Shown piece by piece: positions 10,519 to 18,408 of a stretch of DNA of 64,000 nt (its first letter is position 1; the number at the start of each line of letters is the position of its first letter). The DNA comes from an uncultured Bacteroidales bacterium (GTDB taxonomy: Bacteria; Bacteroidota; Bacteroidia; Bacteroidales; VadinHA17), in the NCBI GenBank assembly GCA_963743775.1, contig CAVURA010000008.1:197152-261151 (forward strand). The letters run 5' to 3'. The notes beneath the pieces are model-generated. The model saw only the letters and a program-made list of their open reading frames with translations. It did not search any database and was not told the origin of the DNA. The translations under genes and the position numbers were made by a program.

Positions 10519-12207
10519 TTATTCAACCATTACGAGATAAGACACCTCTGTTACGAGCGCGCAAGTCAGATCAGCACTGTCTACCGTTACACCCGCATAC
10601 TTTTGGAAATGCGTTTCGCCGGTGGCGTAAGTAACATTGTAGAGTATATCAGCAGTATTGTTGCCATTGTTTGTAACTGTGATGACTACCATGGAACCGC
10701 TTATGCTTGATGTGAATATACCCCAATTCCAGTCAGATGTGCGAATGGCTGTGCCATAGCCGGTGCCCCATCCGAAGTTGTCCATGCGAACTACAGCATA
10801 TTCAGAAGTCTTGTCCGCTTTGCGAAGAATTGTACAGGGGCTGTGCCAGTTTGCAAGATTGTCGGAGTAGCAGTACAATGTAAATGTCTTACTCGAACCT
10901 GATGCGACTGTATAGTCAGGAGAAAATGCCGTCCACCAACCGGAGGAGAAGTTAGTAGCACCTACCTGACTTACACCTTGTACCAGAGTAAATGGGCAAG
11001 TTGTAGTTACTGTTTTTGTTGCACCAACATAAGAAATGACAGCGGTCTGAGAACCTGAGGCAGCTGGAATCTTGCCAAACTTAAGAGATGAGTTTGGTAA
11101 GACAGCTTTTGTCCCGTCGGAATATGTGGCTGTTATGACAATACCTGCAGTGTTGAATATGATAGAGTCGCTGCTGTAGTAGTAGTATGTGGTTATGGTT
11201 GGCAAAGTAGTAACCTCCAGGCTTGAAACAGAATTAGTTACTTCCAGAGTGTAGTAGCCTATTACAGCCTGGCAGTATGCGCCTTGCTTAGTTTTGCTGT
11301 AAGCTACAGTAACTGTCTTGACTCCGAGTGAAGTCATATCAGGTATAACGGTGAATGTTATATCTGAAGAATCAACTTCCGCGGAAGATCCGTCAGCGTA
11401 AGTGACAGTAGCTATTGCATCACCCCAGAAGTTTGCGTTGCCAAATTCAACAAATGCAGGAGCTCCTGCAATAGCGATTGAAACCGGATTAACGTCTTCT
11501 ATAACAGTGACTTTAGAAGGTATAAGGTATGCCTTTTTCATTTCGAAATAACTGCCATCGCAAACTAAGAAAGCCACGATATCATCAGTGGCAGAAACAG
11601 GTTGCTGATATGTTTCGACCAGCGTAGTACCATTTGTTCCAACGGCAGTGGCTGTTACATATACATTGCCGGTAGCAGAGTGGTCAACTTCGAGAGAAAC
11701 ACGGGCACCTTGCATGGTTGCGCGGAAGTCGTTCCAGATATCGTCGTCTCCGTCAGTGTCAGGATAGTTTTGGGTGATCATGTTCCCGTCGTAATCAGCA
11801 TTACCCCAGCCGTAAGCATCAGAACGGAGAAGAAAGTATTCCGCATAGCCTTCAGCATCACGCTCTGCATTGGCGAGGGCAAGATTCCAGTTGTTCCAGT
11901 TGTTGATTCCGGTACCGTGGTTAACAAACTCCAGATGCAATAGCTTGTTTGCAGGAATGGTAAAGTAATCAGAGAAGTAAGCCCACCAACCGGCACTGTT
12001 ATCTTCAGGTCCGACTATCGGTGTAGCGATGATAAGGTAAGTAGTGTCACCTGTATTTGGTTTCGAAGCTGCAATTGAGTCGATCCTGCGCTGCAGGTCA
12101 GAGGGTGCATCAATTGAATAAGGTTCCAACGATTCGCACCCAACTAAGCCAAATGCTGCCAAAACTGCTGCGCCCAAAGCGCACCTCATTAGGTTAGTCG
12201 TTTTCAT
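10519..12207 (-). CDS. PUL-leading surface lipoprotein, putative glycan-binding protein: two paralogous Trp-rich domains flanking two Big_3-like Ig repeats
   Basis: The lipobox is LVGCES. There is an internal duplication: SAGWWAYFSDY..NNWNNW..LLRSDAYGWG against SSGWWTAFSPDY..LANWHS..VVRMDNFGWG. The central repeats are TVTYADGSSAEV..GVKTVTVAY and ITATYSDGTKAV..GSQTAVISY. It lies 25 nt upstream of the SusC gene. Confidence 0.6.
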   Translation of the reverse strand: MKTTNLMRCALGAAVLAAFGLVGCESLEPYSIDAPSDLQRRIDSIAASKPNTGDTTYLIIATPIVGPEDNSAGWWAYFSDYFTIPANKLLHLEFVNHGTGINNWNNWNLALANAERDAEGYAEYFLLRSDAYGWGNADYDGNMITQNYPDTDGDDDIWNDFRATMQGARVSLEVDHSATGNVYVTATAVGTNGTTLVETYQQPVSATDDIVAFLVCDGSYFEMKKAYLIPSKVTVIEDVNPVSIAIAGAPAFVEFGNANFWGDAIATVTYADGSSAEVDSSDITFTVIPDMTSLGVKTVTVAYSKTKQGAYCQAVIGYYTLEVTNSVSSLEVTTLPTITTYYYYSSDSIIFNTAGIVITATYSDGTKAVLPNSSLKFGKIPAASGSQTAVISYVGATKTVTTTCPFTLVQGVSQVGATNFSSGWWTAFSPDYTVASGSSKTFTLYCYSDNLANWHSPCTILRKADKTSEYAVVRMDNFGWGTGYGTAIRTSDWNWGIFTSSISGSMVVITVTNNGNNTADILYNVTYATGETHFQKYAGVTVDSADLTCALVTEVSYLVMVE

Positions 12208-12906
12208 AAATCATTAGTTTAGTTGTTTTCATAAAATTAGATTTGAATTAGTTCATCTTTTTTATAATTATAATTGAGATGGTCTGATTGAACCGGACAA
12301 ATTGTTAATCAACTATAAGTGCTTATGCTGTAATGGTCCTTGCCTGCCCGAATACCGTTGCAGGCATCAGAGTCAACAGCAGTATGCAGATAAGAAAACG
12401 CATCTTAATGAAAAGGTCTGGTTTCATTTTACTGGGTTTGTCAGATTAGAAAGGGCTTTATTTTAATGAGTTTTGCCAATTTCTTTGCTCTTACCCCGGG
12501 GAAAATCCGTATTTGCGTTCTGTAATTACGTGTAATTCTTACATTTTCAAATTAAAAAAAATAATATTTTCTAATGCTTCATATTTATTTAATGTAAAAT
12601 ATACACTTTTTCCTGCGTATGAAAGATAAACTTATTTTATTAAAATAAAAAATATATTTTCGCATTTTTACAAACGTTTGCAGCTTTGATGCTCAGGCAT
12701 CTCATTCCACCACTAATTCATAAATTCCGGATGCAAAATCCTTGTTAAGGTTACCCCCTTAATTTGATGGCAGTTGCTGCAACAGGTTTAAAACCGATAA
12801 CGTTCCATGCATCCTTGACCACTTTTAACGGAGTATGGACAGATCTCAGACCTGTCTCTACGTGGTACCAGGAACAATTGGGGATATACAAGAACGATTC
12901 CGGTAT

Positions 12907-14256
12907 TTATAACGGCCGTATTTTGATTGACCTGAAATATACCTCATTGCCGTGATCCTGGAGAAGGATGTGTCCTTTTTCCGCTTCCCCGAATCCGACA
13001 AAATCTTTATACTTACTCTCCTTCACCAGCTTGCGGTAATCTTCGCTGCCCCTGTCATATTCAAGCACCTTGAACCCATTCAGCCAGTGTTCAACATGGC
13101 CGTTGAGCGACACTATATGTCCGGCATTCCATTGACCTACTCCGTTGAACCTTTTGTTTGCAGCGGGTATGAGATCATAAAGGGAGGCCACTGTCCTGTT
13201 ACCGTCACGTCCCAACTTTGCATCAGGGTGACGCAGATCGTCAAGAATCTGGTATTCGAGTCCTATTGCGGAACCGGTGGAGGCATAGTCTTCCGTAACG
13301 AAGTATTTGACACCGCTGTTGGCTCCTTCGGTGATCATGAATTCAAAGAACAGGTCAAAATTGCCATATTCATCCACTGTCACAATGTCTCCACCGCCCT
13401 TTGATTCAGCCCCGCCCGTTGGCAGAACCTTCAGATAACCGTTTTCGATCACCCAGCCCGATTCGGGAAAGGTTTCCTTTTGAGCGCCCCGCCAGCCGGT
13501 CGGAGTGGAGCCATCAAACAGCAGTTTCCATCCGTCACTAACCTCTTTTTCCGTAAGTGTGTTGGGGATGAAATTCGCCTGGTAGATCTCCGAAGAATCA
13601 GTGATCATATATTTTTCAAGGTTCTCCGTGGCAATTCTTATATTCTTCCAGATTACCCGTGTACCGGCAAGTTTTTCAGCCACGGCATGGACCTGGAAGC
13701 CAATGAAGCCTGAGCTATCCGTGTCATCGATCAGGTCAGCAACGGGAATGCCGTTGACCCATGTTCTGATCCTGGTGCCGATAGCTTCCACGTGGTATTT
13801 ATTCCATCCGTATCTGTCAAATGATTTCACTGCTGCCTGGTTGTTGGGTGTAACAGGGTACAGCCACCCTCTGCGTGCCTCGTCGTATATGCCTCCGCTC
13901 CAGCCTCTGTCGGTAGGATCAATCTCAACCTGGTAACCATAAACCAAAACTTTGCCCGCAACGTCTTTGCTGTGGCTCCTGATCTGTACCCCGGAGTTCA
14001 GAAGGGTATCAACCTTTACTTCGAATTCAAGAATAAAATCGGAGTACTCCTGAGCTGTGCACATAAAGCTGTTTGGTGTGTCAGGCGTTGAGATCCCAAC
14101 CATCTCACCGTTTTCCACTAAATACTGAGCTTGTCCTCCGAGCTGGACAAAACCGTCAAAGTTTTTTCCGTTAAAGAGCATCTGCCAGTCGCTTCTCTGA
14201 CATCCGGATGCTATAACTATCAGAGCAATCAATGAGATAATCAATTTTGGTTTCAT
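12907..14256 (-). CDS. Lipoprotein with two tandem DUF1080 (3-keto-disaccharide hydrolase family, PF06439-type) domains
   Basis: The lipobox is IASGCQ. Each half starts with W..LF(N/D)G...GW/F and ends with the family-typical motif (VIWKNIRI and VYFRSIKIRPL). Confidence 0.8.
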   Translation of the reverse strand: MKPKLIISLIALIVIASGCQRSDWQMLFNGKNFDGFVQLGGQAQYLVENGEMVGISTPDTPNSFMCTAQEYSDFILEFEVKVDTLLNSGVQIRSHSKDVAGKVLVYGYQVEIDPTDRGWSGGIYDEARRGWLYPVTPNNQAAVKSFDRYGWNKYHVEAIGTRIRTWVNGIPVADLIDDTDSSGFIGFQVHAVAEKLAGTRVIWKNIRIATENLEKYMITDSSEIYQANFIPNTLTEKEVSDGWKLLFDGSTPTGWRGAQKETFPESGWVIENGYLKVLPTGGAESKGGGDIVTVDEYGNFDLFFEFMITEGANSGVKYFVTEDYASTGSAIGLEYQILDDLRHPDAKLGRDGNRTVASLYDLIPAANKRFNGVGQWNAGHIVSLNGHVEHWLNGFKVLEYDRGSEDYRKLVKESKYKDFVGFGEAEKGHILLQDHGNEVYFRSIKIRPL

Positions 14257-14273
14257 AGGTAATGTTGTAAAGG

Positions 14274-15620
14274 TTAGTATTCGGGAAATTTCCAGGATGG
14301 ATCATAATATGGTTTGATGAGGGCATTGGCATCCTCCTGTCTGAATATGCCGGCAGTGTTATCCCATGCAAGCGGTTTTCCAAGCCTGCAGGAGACATTT
14401 GCCAGGTGTGTCATCGTGGCTACTTTTGCTCCTATAGCCACATCGGCATTTGGAAGGTTGCGTGTGTTCATGCAGTCGAGGAAGTTCGCAACATGAGCGG
14501 CAAGTCCTCCTCCGGCAACGGCCTGGCCCTCCACCGTCTCTGATTTTCTTTGCACGGGAACGGCCTCCATGCGTGGGGCTGAATCGACTTCCGGGATCAC
14601 TTCCCAACCATTGCGGTCGATCACCAGGGTGCCGTTCTCACCAATAAACGCCAACCCGTGTTCACGTCCGTAAGGCCCGTCTTTAATACCGCAGGCATGA
14701 TCCCAGCTGATGGTGAAGTCGTCATAGACATAGGACACCAGAAGTGTATCAGGCGTCTCCATGGCATCGGTGGGATATCCGAATTTGCCTCCCGCGGTGT
14801 AGATTTCCTTAGGCAGGTCAGCCTTCATTCCAAGCATGGCATAATCAAGGAGATGGACTCCCCAGTCAGACATCAGCCCGCCTGCATAGTCCCAGAAGTA
14901 TCTGAAATTATAATGAAAGCGGTTCGGGTTAAAAGGACGGTGTTTTGCCGGTCCGAGCCACATCTCATAGTCAACTCCCGGTGGAACGGGACCATCAGGC
15001 TGAACAGGAAGGGTCTTTTTCCATATCATGTAAGCCCATACTTTAACTGTCCTGATACGGCCAAGCTTGCCTGAGTGGATGAATGCGACAGCATCCTGCC
15101 AGTGCGGATCGCTGCGTTGCCATTGTCCTGTCTGCACCACCCGTTTATGTTTTCTTGCCGCGTTTACCATTGCATTACACTCAGCGATGGAATTTGCCAG
15201 CGGCTTCTCGCAATAGACATCCTTGCCAGCCTCCATGGCTGCAATCGCCTGCAGGCAATGCCAGTGGTCAGGTGTGGCAACTATCACCGCGTCAACCTCC
15301 CGGTTATCCATTACCCTACGCCAGTCCTTTTCAAGCTGCGGAGGCTTTTTACCCGCGATCTTCTCGACGTCTGCGGCCCGTTTGTAAAGCCATTCGTCAT
15401 CAATGTCGCAGATCGAAACACACTGTACCTGCGGGAATTTAAGAAACGTCTCGAGGTCTGACCATCCCATGTTCCGGCCTCCGATAAGGGCTACCCTTAT
15501 CCTGTCTGACGGGCTTGCTTTTCTGCTGAACATGCCGTATGCTCCGGGCATTGATCCGATGCCTGCAATGCCAGCGGCAGCCATGGCACTTGTCTTTACA
15601 AAATCTCTTCTGTTGCTCAT
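14274..15620 (-). CDS. Gfo/Idh/MocA-family NAD(P)-dependent oxidoreductase with twin-arginine (TAT) export signal
   Basis: The TAT signal is MSNRRDFVKTSAMAAAGIAGIG. The Rossmann start is IRVALIGGRNMGWSD, followed by EKPLA and the C-terminal alpha/beta domain. It lies 17 nt upstream of the DUF1080 gene. Confidence 0.85.
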   Translation of the reverse strand: MSNRRDFVKTSAMAAAGIAGIGSMPGAYGMFSRKASPSDRIRVALIGGRNMGWSDLETFLKFPQVQCVSICDIDDEWLYKRAADVEKIAGKKPPQLEKDWRRVMDNREVDAVIVATPDHWHCLQAIAAMEAGKDVYCEKPLANSIAECNAMVNAARKHKRVVQTGQWQRSDPHWQDAVAFIHSGKLGRIRTVKVWAYMIWKKTLPVQPDGPVPPGVDYEMWLGPAKHRPFNPNRFHYNFRYFWDYAGGLMSDWGVHLLDYAMLGMKADLPKEIYTAGGKFGYPTDAMETPDTLLVSYVYDDFTISWDHACGIKDGPYGREHGLAFIGENGTLVIDRNGWEVIPEVDSAPRMEAVPVQRKSETVEGQAVAGGGLAAHVANFLDCMNTRNLPNADVAIGAKVATMTHLANVSCRLGKPLAWDNTAGIFRQEDANALIKPYYDPSWKFPEY

Positions 15621-15718
15621 ATCCGGAAAACAATTTGATTAATGATTTATAAGTTAAGGTTCTTTCCAAAGGTAATAAATCCTTACTTTAGCTTCAGACC
15701 ATTTATGATCATAATATT

Positions 15719-18349
15719 ATGAAAAAACTTCTTTCGACACTTTGTTTTTTGTCCGTCGCACTGATAGCATGTGCCCAGGAACCGGCTTATCTTAATACTG
15801 AACTTCCATTTGGAGACCGTGTCAGCGATCTTGTCAGCCGCATGACGCTGGAGGAAAAGGCAGCACAGCTTCTTTATACCGCTCCGGCTATCCCGCGCCT
15901 GGGCGTGCCTGAATACAACTGGTGGAACGAGGCCCTGCACGGTGTTGCCCGCGCCGGTTATGCCACAGTCTTCCCGCAATCGATCACCATTGCGAACAGC
16001 TGGGACGAAGAACTCATGGGTGATGTGGCCAATGCCATCTCCGATGAGGCAAGAGCAAAGTACCATGAGTTCATCAGACGCGGTGATCATGGCATCTATC
16101 ACGGTCTGACATTCTGGTCGCCTAACATCAATATATTCCGTGACCCCAGGTGGGGCAGGGGGCATGAAACCTATGGCGAAGACCCTTACCTGACCGGCCG
16201 CATGGGACTGCAATTTGTAAAGGGTATGCAGGGATCAGACCCGAAGTATCTCAAAACGGTGGCCACGGCCAAACACTATGCCGTACATTCAGGCCCGGAG
16301 CCTCTCAGACATAAGTTCAATGCACAGGTGAGCGAGCGTGATCTGCGCGAAACCTACCTGCCTGCATTTCGCACCCTGGTGACAGAAGGCAAAGTCTATT
16401 CAGTTATGGGAGCCTATAACCAGTTCCGGGGCCACCCGGCATGTGCCAGTGATGAACTGTATGGCATCCTCAGAAACGAATGGGGATTTGAAGGATATAT
16501 CGTCTCCGACTGTTGGGCTGTGTCTGATTTCTATACTTTCCAGGGCTACGCAAAAGACCCTGCCGAGGCGGCTGCGCAGGCAGTCAGGGCAGGTACAGAC
16601 CTTGAATGCGGCTTCGATTATAGCCACCTGATGGAATCTTTTAACCGCGGATTGATCACAGAGGCCGAGATAGACAGGGCTGTGAAAAGAATCATGACTG
16701 CACGGTTTAAGCTTGGCATGTTCGACCCTGATTCAATTGTGGAATATGCTCAGATTCCATATTCCGCCAACTGTTCTGACTACAACAGGTCGCTTGCCAG
16801 ACAGGCTGCCAGGGAATCAATAGTTCTGCTTAAGAATGAAAATAACATACTGCCACTGAAGGGTGATGTAAAGACTATTGCGGTAATAGGTCCTAACTCA
16901 GATAACTGGGAAGCGCTTGTAGGTAATTATAACGGCATCCCGAAAGATCCTGTAACAATCCTTGATGGCATCAAAGCGAAAGCTTCGGCATGCACCGGGG
17001 TGGTATGGGCGGAGGGAAGTGATCTGGCTCCGGGCATACATAACCTGACCCCGGTGCCCTCATGCTTTTTACAGACCCCTGACGGGCAACAGGGCGCTGT
17101 CGGAGAGTATTTTGACAATCGTGAAATGAAAGGCGAGCCGCTTTTCACGCGTGTTGATGATGAAATCAATTTTTACTGGGACAATGATTCACCGCATTAT
17201 CTCATGCCTGACAACGACTTCGGCATCCACTGGGTTACAGACCTGATACCTCCTGTCAGTGGAACTTACCACCTTGGTACGTGGGCTTCCTCAGCTTACG
17301 TACTGAAAGTCAATGGTGATACGCTGTTGTCTTTCCGTGGTGAACATCACGGGTTTCATAAGGAGGTACCTCTTGAACTGAAGGCTGGCGAAAAGTACCG
17401 TATAGAGCTGTTCTACCAAAATTACAGCGGTGATGCGGATATGAAACTCCTCTGGGCTATGCCGCGTGAAAATATTGTTGAAGATGCTGTGGCAAAAGCA
17501 TCCATGGCTGACGCTGTCATTCTGGTCCTCGGCCTCTCGCAGCGTCTCGAGGGCGAAGAAATGGGGATAAGGATCGAGGGTTTTGAGGGTGGCGACCGCA
17601 CCAGCCTTGCCTTGCCCGCTATCCAGGAAGAGCTGCTGACTGCGATGATCGGCACCGGCAAGCCGGTTATAGTGGTTCTCATGAACGGCGGTCCCGTGGC
17701 TTCACAGCAGGCACAGGAGAAAGCGGCAGCGGTGATGCTTGCCGGTTATCCCGGTGTGGAGGGCGGAAGCGCCGTGGCAGATGTGATCTTCGGTGATTAT
17801 AATCCTGCCGGGCGGCTTCCGGTCACTTACTATTCCTCTGTGGATCAGCTGCCTCCGTTTGAGGATTATGATATGGAAAACCGGACTTACAGGTATTTCT
17901 CAGGCACACCGCTGTATCCGTTCGGCTACGGACTGAGCTATACCACTTTCAGTTATACAGATCTTACTCTTCCGGAAAAGATCGATGCCGGCAGTGACGC
18001 AAAAGTGAGTGTCAGAGTGACCAATTCCGGAAAAATGGCAGGTGACGAGGTTGTGCAGCTTTACATAACCGATGAAAAGGCATCCACGCCAAGGCCGCTG
18101 AGACAACTTGAAGGATTCAAACGTGTACATCTTAATGCCGGTGAAAGCAAAACCGTGGAATTTATACTGAAAGCTGAACAGTTCTCAATGATTAACAAGA
18201 ATGATGTCCGGGTCATTGAACCTGGCTGGTTCACTGTAGCCGCCGGGGGTGGGCAGCCGGGATTCACCGGAGCTTCAGATTCCCGTGGCACACAGGTGTT
18301 GAGCAGCAGGATAAGGCTTACAGGCAAAGAAGTCAGACTCAATGAATAA
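15719..18349 (+). CDS. GH3 beta-glycosidase (beta-glucosidase/xylosidase type) with inserted PA14 domain
   Basis: A signal peptide is present. Motifs include KHYAVHSGPE and GFEGYIVSDCWAV (nucleophile Asp). The PA14-like insert is GEYFDNREMKGEPLF...YRIELFYQNYSGDADMKLLW, followed by a C-terminal Fn3-like domain. Confidence 0.9.
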   Translation: MKKLLSTLCFLSVALIACAQEPAYLNTELPFGDRVSDLVSRMTLEEKAAQLLYTAPAIPRLGVPEYNWWNEALHGVARAGYATVFPQSITIANSWDEELMGDVANAISDEARAKYHEFIRRGDHGIYHGLTFWSPNINIFRDPRWGRGHETYGEDPYLTGRMGLQFVKGMQGSDPKYLKTVATAKHYAVHSGPEPLRHKFNAQVSERDLRETYLPAFRTLVTEGKVYSVMGAYNQFRGHPACASDELYGILRNEWGFEGYIVSDCWAVSDFYTFQGYAKDPAEAAAQAVRAGTDLECGFDYSHLMESFNRGLITEAEIDRAVKRIMTARFKLGMFDPDSIVEYAQIPYSANCSDYNRSLARQAARESIVLLKNENNILPLKGDVKTIAVIGPNSDNWEALVGNYNGIPKDPVTILDGIKAKASACTGVVWAEGSDLAPGIHNLTPVPSCFLQTPDGQQGAVGEYFDNREMKGEPLFTRVDDEINFYWDNDSPHYLMPDNDFGIHWVTDLIPPVSGTYHLGTWASSAYVLKVNGDTLLSFRGEHHGFHKEVPLELKAGEKYRIELFYQNYSGDADMKLLWAMPRENIVEDAVAKASMADAVILVLGLSQRLEGEEMGIRIEGFEGGDRTSLALPAIQEELLTAMIGTGKPVIVVLMNGGPVASQQAQEKAAAVMLAGYPGVEGGSAVADVIFGDYNPAGRLPVTYYSSVDQLPPFEDYDMENRTYRYFSGTPLYPFGYGLSYTTFSYTDLTLPEKIDAGSDAKVSVRVTNSGKMAGDEVVQLYITDEKASTPRPLRQLEGFKRVHLNAGESKTVEFILKAEQFSMINKNDVRVIEPGWFTVAAGGGQPGFTGASDSRGTQVLSSRIRLTGKEVRLNE

Positions 18350-18383
18350 GTTTTGCCTTTTATCCCTTTCCTGCTTCATTTGT

Positions 18384-18391
18384 TATCTTTG
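18384..18391 (+). promoter_or_regulatory. Bacteroidota -7 promoter box TATCTTTG
   Basis: An exact TAnnTTTG match lies 17 nt upstream of the GTG start at 18409. Confidence 0.4.
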
Positions 18392-18408
18392 CCGGCAAAC
18401 AGAAAAGC

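Noticed and set aside
12764-12955. 63-aa plus-strand ORF in the PUL upstream gap, overlapping the 3' end of the DUF1080 gene.
   Set aside because: It has a TTG start, no motif and no promoter-like context, and it overlaps a well-supported gene. It is most likely a chance ORF.
18388-18399. 12-bp perfect palindrome TTTGCCGGCAAA downstream of the GH3 gene, as a terminator.
   Set aside because: The stem would be only 4 bp once a loop is allowed. It overlaps the TATCTTTG -7 box of the next gene and is more simply part of that promoter.
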